Below, in pieces: positions 38,227 through 49,877 of a DNA stretch of 55,721 nucleotides (the stretch's first letter is position 1; every line of letters begins with the position of its first letter). Below the pieces are notes generated by a model that did not search any database, was not told the DNA's origin, and worked only from the letters and a program-made list of their open reading frames with translations. The translations under genes and the position numbers were made by a program. The DNA is from Octopus bimaculoides (taxonomy: Eukaryota): the NCBI RefSeq assembly GCF_001194135.2, contig NC_068982.1, forward strand, positions 34,058,350 to 34,114,070, read 5' to 3'.

Positions 38227-38232
38227 AATAAA
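38227..38232 (+). other. Candidate polyadenylation signal for the epoxide hydrolase gene
   Basis: AATAAA about 400 nt after the stop, followed by U-rich sequence. AT-rich DNA yields such hexamers by chance. Confidence 0.35.
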
Positions 38233-39309
38233 TTTAAGAATATAATTAATTTTATCATGATTTCAATGTTTTAGATAAAATTATTTGCTAACTATTCATT
38301 TATATCAAATACAAAGATAGTTTATTCACATTTCCTTTGTCTTCTTTTAATTAGAATTTATTTTAATTGTTTTACACCTGCTTTATTAAAATGGTTTCAA
38401 ATTTTGGCACATGACCAGCAATTTTAGGAGAGAGATTAGTTAATTACATTGGCCCTAATGCTCAATTGATACTGAAAAGAGGATAGGCAAAGTTGATCTT
38501 GGCAGAATTTGAACTCCCTACATGGGAGTCATGCAAACCTACCAAAAAATTGTGTTGCTGTGAGTTCTTTGGAGCATTTATGTTGCTATGGAGTGTGTGT
38601 AGTAGTACTATATGCATGGGGGCTTATATTGGGAGTGGATGGGTGGAAAAGGATTTATTGAGTCTTCTCTGCTGCCCACCCTCAATGTAAGCCTCCACAC
38701 ATATAGTACCCCTACATACACTCTATACCTGAATAAACTCTTCAAGGAATTTAGCCAAAACATAAGCAGAAAACATACAAACACACAGATGCTTAGGATG
38801 CAGCCTTTGGTCACTTGCCTCTGAAAATGCTACACATATTGTACCACAGCGTACATTCCAACCCTACTAGAGCACTAACCCTAAAACATACATACACACT
38901 TTTCCAGGAAACTCTTGTCAGCTTGCAATACTACCAGAGTCTGTGTTTTGGTGCCAAAGGACATAACTTTTAACTTAACACTTGCTCAGTTCATTTCATT
39001 TTTGTTTTTTCACAATAACCACAAACTGGATGTGACTTTTCACCTCCAACAATAGAGAGTAGTTGGCATATGTCTTTCCATAACTACCATTTCTGAAGAG
39101 TGAAGGGTTACATAAACAGCTGTTATCTAAACACATTGTAGAACCCCTAGTGCAAAACTGATTGGTAAGATCAGCCATGATGGATGTATAATACTGAACA
39201 CTTCGATTAATGTACCCACTCTACTGACAAATATACGAGTGCATATTTTTTCTAACTTATGGATTCTTTGTCGATGTGGCCACTTTTAATGTACAAGGCA
39301 GTATTGTCA

Positions 39310-40690
39310 TGAGAACAATACTACATTAGAAAGTGGCTAGGCCTACTTCGGATATTGAACTGGGGAACGTACGAACAGTAATGATGCTGAGAGAGTTGAA
39401 GGACATGGAAATCAAGTGTAATCCACAAGATGTGAAAATAGCCAGGAAGTAGAAAGCAGAAGCAGAAACTGATGACGTCCTGTCTTCTCTTACACACCGA
39501 GATATGGTGGGTGCAACGCAAATTCATTGCAAGGGACTTGGTTTGGGCGCATATCAGTTCAGACCATTTGCAAGTATGATGCAGAGCGAATGCAGATCTG
39601 TTGTTAGCAACAACATCAAAACGAGGGACGCAGAGAGAAGAGAGTTTCATTTGATCCAATGCATTCAACAAGGACAGATGACGAGATGGGAGGAACGTGT
39701 TGTTGAGAGGAAAATAAGTTGAGATGAGATATGGAGGTGGACCACATCTCGGATAAGTTTTCTGATTCGTTCATCCTATGATGCTATCACATGTAAATCT
39801 AGTAAGATGAAACGTCTCAGAGAATGATATATGCAAATGCGGAAAGGTCGGAACACTGAAACATATTCTTTCCAACTATTCACTAGCATTGAAGAGGTAT
39901 ACATGGAGACACAACCTGGTCCTTAAGGTTATTTTCAATGCTATAAAGAACCAAATTATCTCAACAACAGTGAAAAAAAACTGTTGAAAGTACCAACTAG
40001 AGATTTCATTACCTTCATGCAATCAGGACAGCGAATCCGTTTCAAGAAGAAGAACAACAAACTTCCTGTAATCGATGAAAAGTGGAACGGCTATTGAGAG
40101 GTGACTACAGATTTACCAGGGTGGCAGGGACTCTTTCCCATCCTACTTACGTAAAAACTGGACATTTTAATGTGGTGTGAAAGAAAGAATGTTGTGAATC
40201 TAGTTGAGTTAACAGTTCCTCATGAAGATAATATTGACGCCATTCAGGCTCGAAAGATTGACAGTTATGTAAACCTCCTCAAGGAATGCGAAGACACAGG
40301 CTGGACAGTGGGCATTTTCCAATCAAAGTCAGATGTAGAGGATTTGTTGGACACAGTGTGAGACAACTGTCGTTATCGTGAAGCCTAACTCATTGTAAAG
40401 TAAATACCACAATGACTGATATCGAAACTACAGTAGAAAAGGCTAGCCACTGGATTTGGTTAAAAAGAGATGATGAGCGATGGCTAGAAGAATATTAAGC
40501 TTTATTTGATAACCAGTTGATCTACTAAGTGGGGGCCTCATATCAGTGAGGGGGCCGGTGTATATTGATGCCATTGAGAGGTAGGTCCCGAAACGGCGCG
40601 CCTTATCTCCTGACGACCCCATACACTTGCTGGCTGCCAGTATGAGGAGTTCTTGAATGGTAGCACTTGCATGTGCAAGTTGTTTGCAAA
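39310..40690 (+). mobile_element. 3' half of an RLE-type (HERO/NeSL/R2-group) non-LTR retrotransposon, degraded
   Basis: IRKWLGL, QQGQMTRWE..RKIS.DEIW..SRISFLIRSSYD, zinc-knuckle remnant CKCGKVGTLKHILSN..RYTWRHNLVL, nuclease region VELTVPHEDNI..RK..Y and C-terminal ASHWIWLKR..W then stop at about 40498. Confidence 0.82.
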
Positions 40691-40692
40691 AC

Positions 40693-40723
<31 letters not shown>

Positions 40724-40734
40724 CTTCACAAACA

Positions 40735-42665
40735 ATATGGACACCATTCATGATGTGAAAGTGACGCCGACATTAGTTTCAGATCACAACATAATAGAGC
40801 TGTCTATGTACGGACCAAAAGTAGCCAGAGACATACAGTCTAAAGGAAGCACCCAAAATATCTCCAATCTGAACTTCCTCAAAGCAGACTGGAAATCGAT
40901 CCAAAAGGAGATCCTCAGACAGGACTAGCTGAAATGTCTCTCCACACCAAACATTGGCATGAAACTAGAATATTTCATGTCTGTTATGCAAACCATATGC
41001 CAGAAATATGTCCCAGAGCACAAGGCCAATACAAAAAGGAACAAAATTCCAAGGGAGAGGAAGATCTTCATGAGACAATGGGCGAAGGTTGCAAATTGCT
41101 TCAACTAACATTCCAAAAGTGGTGAAAGGTCCCGCCTAAAAACGACACTGATGGAGATTGAAAAAAGCCTGCAACAATCCTATGTGAGGGAGAGAGCAGA
41201 CAAAAAAGCCTGGGTTATAAAAAAACATTAAGTCAAACCCAAAGGCCTTCTTTCATTATACCAAAGAAACAACCTCAGAACACTGCCAAATGTGACCCTT
41301 CTTCCAAAAGAATGGCTCCCTCACAGATAGTCCAAGCAAAATCAGTGAGGTACTGAATGACCAGTTCAAAAGTGTCTTTACCACCCTGTTGGAACACAGA
41401 CATGTGAATGAACCAGTGAATTTCTTTGCTGCCTCACCTAAAACCAGAGAGGCAGTCACGATGGATTACATCGACATTAGTGAAGAAGATATATACTAGC
41501 TATAGATGAGGTGAACGCAAATTCAACTGCTGGTCCTGATGGTTTCCCTGCAATCTTTCTCAAATCATCTAAGCGTGCCCTGGTGAAACCTCTACAGATT
41601 CTTTTCTAAGAGTTTTCTTGCAAATTGCAGGCTGTCAAGCAAACTGAAGACTGGAACAATATGCCCAATCCATGAAGGAGGAAGCAGAGCAGATGCTAAA
41701 AATTATAAGCCTATCTCTCTGACTTCACACATCAATAAAGTAATGGAATGGATAGTCAGAGGGAAACTAGTCACATTCCTTGAAAATGATTTGCTGAGTG
41801 ATACCCAGCATGGCTTTCAACAAGGTAGGAGCTCTTACAGCACTATGCCTGGGTGTTGAGGCAGTTACTCAACAAAATGTGGATGTAATATACCTTGACT
41901 TTGCAAAAGCTTTTGATAAAGTGGATCATGGTAGGATATGTCACAAACTGTGTGATCTTTGCTCAGCTGGAAAACTTGGAGAGTGGTTACAGGACTTTCT
42001 GAAAGATAGAAGTCAGGCAGTAGTGGCCAATGGAGCCACCTCAAAGAAAACACAAATAATGAGCAGTGTTCCACAGGGCACTGTCTTGTAACCACTGCTT
42101 TTTATAGTGGCCTGCTCAGATATGCCCTCAGCTTCCTGGATAACCACCCTTGCTAGCTATGCAGATGATACGAAAGTCTCACAGAAAATACAGAACCCCA
42201 GCGATGTTGCACACTTGCAGCAGGAGTTGGACTCAGTTTACAGATGGGCTGAGGACAATAATATGCAGTTTAATGCTGAAAACTTCCAAGCTCTGTGCTA
42301 CCAGCGTCCAAAACTGAATATAAAACTTACAGGGTACACTGGTCCACAGGGGATTACAATCCCAGAGCCTAAATCAGTGAGGGTCCTGGGTATTGACATG
42401 AGTGATGATACCTCTTTTCAAGTGTACATTACCAGGATGGCCACAAAGTGCAGATGATTGGCTGGATGGATCCTGAGAACGTTCAGGACCAGAGAGAAGG
42501 AAACCATGATGGTCCTCTGGAGGACATTCGTCATCAGCCACCTGGACTACTGCTCCTAGCTATGGTCACCCACAGTGTAAAATTAAAAGCAGATCTTGAA
42601 GCAATCCAGCGAAGCTTCACGAAGATTGTCTTGTTGCAACAGCTCAGCTACTGGGAGAGGCTGAA
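40735..42665 (+). mobile_element. Degraded CR1/L2-group LINE (end of APE domain plus reverse transcriptase)
   Basis: SDHN, YLDFAKAFDKVDH, VPQGTVL.PLLF, YADDTK and WAEDNNMQFN motifs across several frameshifts. Bounded by microsatellites at both ends. Confidence 0.9.
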
Positions 42666-42900
42666 ACAGATGTATGTGTGTGTGTATATATATATACATA
42701 CATATATATATATATACACACACACATACAAATACATATATGTTTTTTTTATTGCCCACAGGGGGCTAAATACACATATATATATATATACATACACTTA
42801 TTTATATATAACATACACACGCACACACAGGGTTGTCTCAGAATCCATAAGTCAGAAAAAATATGTACTCATATATTTGTCAATAAAGAAGGTATATAAA

Positions 42901-43134
42901 ATCGAAGTACTGTATTAATGTCCATTACACCTGATCTTCTCAATTGGTTTTGCACTAGGAGTTCAAAGGAGTGTTGGGTAACAGCTCAATTGTGTAACTC
43001 TGGAGAGTTTGCCACTTCTGAAGAGCCCCGGGTTACATAATTGAGCTGTTACCTAACACTCCATTGCACTCCTAGTGCAAAACCAATTGGTAAGATCGGA
43101 CGTAAGGGATATATAATAATGGACACTTCGATTA
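42901..43134. mobile_element. Long palindromic (hairpin) MITE
   Basis: gatcttctcaattggttttgcactaggag..ggagtgttgggtaacagctcaattgtgtaac mirrors gttacataattgagctgttacctaacactcc..ctcctagtgcaaaaccaattggtaagatc. A diverged half copy lies at about 39090-39215. Confidence 0.85.
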
Positions 43135-43154
43135 ATATAATATGTATAGTCATA

Positions 43155-43536
43155 GGCGCGGGAGTGGCTGTGTGGTAAGTAGCTTGCTTACCAACCACAT
43201 GGTTCCGGATTCATTTCCACTGCGTGGCACCTTGGGCAAGTGTCTTCTACTATAGCCTCGGGCCGACCAAAGCCTTGTGAGTGGATTTGGTAGACGGAAA
43301 CTGAAAGAAGCCCGTCGTATATATGTATGTGTGTGTTTGTGTGTCTCTGTTTGTCTCCCCAACATCGCTTGATAACCGATGCTGGTGTGTTTACGTCTCG
43401 TAACTTAGCGGTTCGGCAAAAAAGATCGGTAGAATAAGTACTAGGCTTACAAAGAATAAGTTCTGAGGTCGATTTGCTCGACTAAAAGCGTTGCTCCAGC
43501 ATGGCCGCAGTCAAATTACTGAAACAAGTAAAAGAG
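43155..43536 (+). mobile_element. tRNA-derived SINE family B, near-complete young copy with an internal microsatellite
   Basis: Head GGCGCGGGAGTGGCTGTGTGGTAAG with A/B-box-like motifs and a CORE-like caccttgggcaagtgtcttct segment, internal (TA/TG)n, 3' end gctccagcatggccgcagtcaaattactgaaacaagtaaaag. Other copies: 9225-9655 (+), 16205-16612 (-), 12655-12935 plus 13478-13605 (-). Partial copies at about 415-530, 1725-1880, 2290-2480, 3140-3300, 28620-28770, 46240-46500 and 49530-49630. Confidence 0.9.
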
Positions 43537-43793
43537 TATACATATAAATACACACACATACACACTCACATTTTCTGATGATACTAGATAAATACAAGAC
43601 CACAACAGTTGAGCAAAAGTATTTCATTATTCTGAATTAGGCTTGCATATAGCATATCAAGAATAAATCGCTTGTGCCGATCAGTTATCGACCTGTCTGC
43701 ATTCTGTTGAATTTAAACTGCTCAGTGCTACATAAATAGAAAACCAATTAATTTAACTGAAATGAAATTAGGAGTGACCTCCCTTAGTTTTAG

Positions 43794-43801
43794 TATCGAT
43801 A
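43794..43801. promoter_or_regulatory. TATCGATA palindrome (DRE/DREF-type element) next to the MCEE start
   Basis: Exact 8-bp palindrome just upstream of the ATG in a CpG-retaining patch. Confidence 0.35.
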
Positions 43802-43807
43802 AATGCG

Positions 43808-43852
43808 ATGGCGTTGGCAAGACATGCACTTTCGAGATGGGCAACAAGAATG
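43808..43852 (+). CDS. MCEE: MCEE exon 1 (mitochondrial presequence MALARHALSRWATRM)
   Basis: ATG in strong context (G at -3, G at +4). Arg/Ala/Leu-rich with no acidic residues. Donor ATG|gtatat, phase 0. Confidence 0.75.
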
Positions 43853-46519
43853 GTATATAAATATATCTAAATATATGTATTACACTTCAGATTTTTTTCT
43901 TTAAATTTAAATTGTTAATGTTTTTGTTATAGTTGTTGAAGTTTTTTGTGGTTATGAGTCGATGTACACTTTTTTTCTTTCGTTTTTGATAACACCTTGT
44001 ATCGTATATATCCTTGTGTAACCTGATCAAGGTCTCACAATAACAACGTTAGAGACGTATCAATTGGTGTGTTCGAAGGCATTCGTTAAAAATAATAGTT
44101 ATATGTAGGAAGTGGATGACTGACAATTATGAATTACTAAAAATAAGATGAACACAACACTTCTTAATTTGTTTATATACTAATGCCTTCGTTTGTTGTT
44201 AGTGAAAAAGTGTAGGATGAATACAACAGGATATATTTCTATTAACTTCGAAATGAGGTGTATTTTACGATAAATTGCCTACTTTTCATTAATAACAACC
44301 CTCCCAACTTTAGCATCCTTATTTATCGATTAAGAAATGTCACGTTTTTATTTACTTCGATTTGTGTACAAATAGAGAATTGGTAGAGAATAGTTGATTG
44401 AATGGACTCCGCTATATTAAAGGTGTACAAAAGGTATTAATTTTATTGACCTCAATAGGACGAAAGACATTCGATTCAGATTCAGGTGAGATTTGGATTC
44501 AGCTCTGAGATAAACAAAATTAAATATTTTAATTACATTTCATCCGGGACTCGATTTATGGCACGTTCGTCATTCGAAACACGGCCAAAAAATAGGTCCT
44601 TGTGCAGGACGGGGAGATTGCACTCGTTGAATCTATACGTATTAAACCAGTAGCGGATTAAGATATGTATTTTAGAGACCTCCATCCAAAGATTACGTGA
44701 AAAGTTTTGAAAATATCACTGGGGTCGTCATAACTGTAACCCAGGAAACTGCAGCATTTTATTTATTTCCACTTAATAGTGGACGTTATGTTAGAACAAA
44801 CTATACTGCGGTGTATACCATGTGAAAAACTTTAACATTGGCTTTTGGTGTAAAATGTACTTTTGTTTATATCGCGAGCGGGGAGATAAATCTCCCCATA
44901 TCCCCCACCCCGTTAGCTATATAAACAAGAGTGCATTTTGCACGAAAAGCTAATATGAGAGTTTCTCATTGTATGGAATCTGCTGCGGTATAGTTTGCTC
45001 TAACAGAACGTCCACGTTTAAGTGGGGACAAATATTACCTCTCGGTATTAATACTGCCTCTGTCGCTAATATATATTTTTTGCAATATCTTAATTCGAAA
45101 TATCGAAAGTGGTGCTTGACTTCAATGGAATTCACCACCACCAATTTTACATAGAACAAGCAGATCTTAACCCCAAATTTGTAGGTAAGGTACATAGTCG
45201 TTTGAATCAATCCCAGTATGGTGATGACAAAATAAGTGATTTCTGTTTTCTCGTTATTTTCTCCCTACCTATTTGAAATCATTACATTGTAAGTATTACA
45301 TCATTATTTTGTACTGTTTCGTCATCTTTAGGATTAAAAACTGGTCAGCATAGTTGTTGTCGAATTTGAATGAGTCTAAAACATAGTCAGGTGGCAGGTC
45401 CTCTTTTCCCAAGGAATTTTTCCTCAACTTTGACTCGATTGTAATTGAAGTCGGTAATAAAATATCTGGATAATTTTTAGTGTTTAACAATCAATATTGT
45501 TTTTTCTGTTGGATTCCAAACCAATTTTTTCCCACACTAATGATAATTTTCAAGTTTCAAAAATTATGTCTAACATGGGGTAAAATGAGTAATGTAAGTA
45601 AATATATATTGAAGGGAACATTCCAACAGATCGTGGAAAAGCTATAGATAATATTTTATGTTGAGTTTTTTTTTAGTCAAGTTTCTTTAATTTTTCATCA
45701 TGTGCCATTTTCCCTAATCTTCTTTTATTTAACTTAGATATTTAAAATTTTTTTGCATTTCTGATCTTTCTGATATCTAGAGATAGATACTGACGTGTAT
45801 GAGTCTATTTTCAGAAGAATTCAAATGGAAAATATATTTTGTCTTGGGTTACTCATTTTGCCCCACCCAAATAGTCTTTTATATGCTCAAAGAAAATGGC
45901 GATAATTTTCTGAGATAGTGATCAAATTATATTATAATGCTTTTAATGCATTTAAGGAAGACCATTTGCTTAGCTGATTAAATTTTTGTATGGTAGTGAA
46001 CATTTGTAAAAATATATTTTGGATCAAAGTCAAAAATGCAGCAAAAACACCCCATTTTTGCCCCTTCTTCCATATTAATGGCCCTGTCTACTATCAAGGT
46101 ATAGAAAACACATCTATAGGCTTCTGGCAAAGCTATGTTACAACTGTGGAAAGAGTGGTTCATATTCAGACAGATTAGTTGATGGTCAGCACACTGTCAG
46201 CTTATCAATGTGTTATGGCTGGCCATATAGCCGTGAATGTTTTGTTGACCAACAAGATAACCTTGCAATTACTCAGGTGTAATTTGTCAATCTCTGGTGA
46301 GAGTATTGTTTTATTCTTTCATGTTTCAGTCGTCTTCAAGGAGGTGTCCAAGCAGCCATCCTGGGGGCACCGCCTTGAAGGGTTTTGTTAAACAAATCAA
46401 CCTTAGTACTTATTTTTTAACTATGGTGCTTATTCCATCTGTTTCATTTTACTGAACCACTAAGTTATAGTGATGTAAACTAACTAGCACCAGTTGCTAT
46501 TTGGTAGGAAAGCAAGCAC

Positions 46520-46532
46520 ATGTGTATATGTT

Positions 46533-46613
<81 letters not shown>

Positions 46614-47095
46614 NNNNNNNNNNNNNNNNNNNNNNNNNNNNNNNNNNNNNNNNNNNNNNNNNNNNNNNNNNNNNNNNNNNNNNNNNNNNNNNNNNNNNNN
46701 NNNNNNNNNNNNNNNNNNNNNNNNNNNNNNNNNNNNNNNNNNNNNNNNNNNNNNNNNNNNNNNNNNNNNNNNNNNNNNNNNNNNNNNNNNNNNNNNNNNN
46801 NNNNNNNNNNNNNNNNNNNNNNNNNNNNNNNNNNNNNNNNNNNNNNNNNNNNNNNNNNNNNNNNNNNNNNNNNNNNNNNNNNNNNNNNNNNNNNNNNNNN
46901 NNNNNNNNNNNNNNNNNNNNNNNNNNNNNNNNNNNNNNNNNNNNNNNNNNNNNNNNNNNNNNNNNNNNNNNNNNNNNNNNNNNNNNNNNNNNNNNNNNNN
47001 NNNNNNNNNNNNNNNNNNNNNNNNNNNNNNNNNNNNNNNNNNNNNNNNNNNNNNNNNNNNNNNNNNNNNNNNNNNNNNNNNNNNNNNNNTGTATG
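46520..47095. repeat. Long (TA)n microsatellite running into an assembly gap
   Basis: About 90 nt of near-pure TA before the N run. Many other (TA)/(CA)/(GA)/(GAT) tracts occur, e.g. 7860-7910, 9420-9468, 11480-11540, 18905-19000, 42670-42830, 48170-48265. Confidence 0.95.
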
Positions 47096-48221
47096 TAATT
47101 TTGATTCCTTATTTTGTAAGAAAGGATGTAAAACTTGTAAAGAGTATCAGATCTACATTTTGAATATTCTAAACTTGACATATTGCTGTTAGTTTGATAT
47201 AATTTGTTGGAAATTTTTAAAAATTTTTTACTTAACTAAAAAAAAACAAATTTTTTTTTTTTCTTCTTTTTATGAATGTGCAGCTAAAGTTGGTATGATG
47301 GCAGAATCGTTAGCATATTGAGGGAAATTCAAATTCTGCTGAGGTCAACTTTGCCTTTCATCCTTTCAGGGTTGATAAAATAAGTACCAGACAAATACTG
47401 GGATCATTATAATCGACTAATCTCCTGCTTCTAAATCTGCTGGCCTTGTACTAAAATTTGGAAACATTAAACATACAACTGAGATTGAGCATATATTTCA
47501 ACATGTGACATAACCTGCATTTTCTAACTGAAAGAAAGAATATCTGTATAAGAGACATTATTATGTTTGAATTTCATCTTATTTAACTACTCTATTGGAG
47601 ATGTGAATAATGGTATTCACAATACTAACAGAAAGTCCCTAATTTAACATGTAAGTAATAACTTCAATCTGGCCTTATAGTTAGAATGTTAAGCTTCTTG
47701 GTTGTTAGGTCATATATTTGGTTCTTGGATCAGATGCTGCAATTGTGTTGCCCCAGTCTGTTGCTGCCTTTCTTTAAATTGAGGCATAAAATGAAATGTA
47801 TGTTATACAACCAGTATATGAATGAAACTGGCACAAGGCTTGTTTGTTCATGGATATCATATTGGTTTCTGATTTAGACACAGGGCCAACAATTTTAAGG
47901 GAAGGAGTTGGTCAATACCATTGACCCTGTACTTGACTGGTATTTTATTCTATTGATCCTGAAAGGATAAAAAATAAAGTTGACTTCAATAGGATTTGAA
48001 ACCAGAACATTAAGAGTTGGAAGCAATAACATTTGGCCTTTTGTCCAATGATCTAACTATTCTATCACCTTGAATATTATCTGTGTCATAAAGATAATAA
48101 TGGTATCTGTTTTCTTGTTGGGCTGTTTGGGTGAATGATAAAATTTGGGGCTACATTAACATCTGTACTCTATATACTATATATATATAGTAACAAATGT
48201 ATTATATATTCAAGATTATAT

Positions 48222-48269
<48 letters not shown>

Positions 48270-48557
48270 AAGGGTGAAAAATTGGATATTAATTTAATTA
48301 ACACCAATTTAAAACCAGTGGCCTAGCATAAAGAAAATTCTGAAAATTCAGAAAAATTATATTACATACATATGAGAAGGGATGACCACTATATGTATTT
48401 TTGATATATATATATATTTTTGTCAATGAAAAATTTTCACTTTTTTTCATTTTTGCTACGATGTACTATTAAAATCTAATGGAAATATTTCCAGTGGTAA
48501 TATATTAATTGTGTGAATGTTTGATTTTATTTGTTATTTTTTATTTTTATTTTCCAG

Positions 48558-48608
48558 AACTTTACTGTGCCAAACAGATATTTCCAGAAAAATTCCACAC
48601 AACTGAAG
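48558..48608 (+). CDS. MCEE: MCEE exon 2 (51-nt micro-exon, NFTVPNRYFQKNSTQLK)
   Basis: Polypyrimidine acceptor ttttattttccag|AAC, donor AAG|gtattg, open in phase 0, completes a basic presequence. Confidence 0.7.
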
Positions 48609-48701
48609 GTATTGTGCCATCCAACTTTGAATTGGTAATTCAACCATATTTATTGTTATTTCTTTTGATATATTCAAATTTTGGAAAATTGATTCTTATA
48701 G

Positions 48702-48809
48702 GATTGGAATATTGGCAAACTGAACCATATTGCAATAGCTGTGACAGATTTAAACAAAGCCGTTGCTCTTTATAAAGATGTTTTAGGAGCTAAAGTTAGC
48801 AGTAAAATG
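48702..48809 (+). CDS. MCEE: MCEE exon 3
   Basis: Acceptor ttatag|GAT, donor ATG|gtaagt. DWNIGKLNHIAIAVTDL...LGAKVS carries the first metal-binding His (human WNLGRLNHVAIAV). Confidence 0.95.
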
Positions 48810-49817
48810 GTAAGTTGTTTCTTCTTTATTAAAATCCATCCATCCTTTCTCTCCCCGCTCACTATTCCTGGGAGGGTTATGGAGGTAAAATCTTTAGACA
48901 CCTCCTCCATAGGGTTTTATCAGAAACAATTGCCATTAGACTTTCTGGGTGAATTCCCAAGCATGCCCAGCTGAGACTATGGATATTATTCAACTATCTC
49001 ATTTTTGGTTTACTCCTAGGTCCCCTCTGATTGGTTTGCCTTGAAGAATTTGTCTTGTAATTCTTTCCTGTGCCATTTTAATCACATGTTTAAAGCACCA
49101 GAGCTGTGACCTCAATGCACAGAAGTAGTGACTTGACCTGGAGAGACCCCTGATCTCCAAGTTATAGACCCTGTTGAGTAATGTTACTCTAGAGATCCAT
49201 CTGAAGAACCCTATCCCTAGCCTTGTTAAGATGAAGTTATGAAAACACTACTTTAGACAAATAATCTGAAAGTATTGTACATTTCAAATAAAATATTTTG
49301 TTCTTCATTTATTTATTGCTAATAGCAATGATTAGTTTTTCCTTGTACTGAAACAAAATGGAATAAATATTTCCTGAACTATGACAAATATTTTTCTCTG
49401 CTCAAACGAAATAAAATATTATATATCTGAAAAAAATATTCTTCATATATTTCTCATGTAAAGTTTTTCTTCAGCTAAATGATAGCATATTCTATTCCAG
49501 GAATAGATTAATCATGTATTTTTAGAGGACAGATGACAGGTGCAGTTGTGTGGTAAGAAGTTTGCTTCCCAACCACATGGTTCTGGGTTTGGTTCCTCTG
49601 TGTGGCACCTTGGGCAAGTGTCTTCTACAGGGTGTCCCAAAAAATGTATACATACTTTGTATAACTGTAAAGGAAATATTTATTACAATGTGCATCCTTT
49701 CCAGAAAATAGTATGATCTACAGACATTATTTAATTGCATATGTATGGTGAATGGTCCAATGTGTTAACCCATTGTGTTTCATTAATAACAGTTTAAATG
49801 AAATTTTTATCTTTCAG

Positions 49818-49877
49818 GATTTGCCAGAGCATGGAGTATCAACTGTGTTTGTAGAACTTGGGGAAACTAAAATTGAG
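49818..49877 (+). CDS. MCEE: MCEE exon 4
   Basis: Acceptor ctttcag|GAT, donor GAG|gtatat. DLPEHGVSTVFVELGETKIE carries a metal-binding Glu. Confidence 0.95.

Noticed and set aside
43155-43230. tRNA-like sequences at SINE heads
   Set aside because: Only A/B-box remnants leading into SINE bodies; no complete cloverleaf, so not called tRNA genes.
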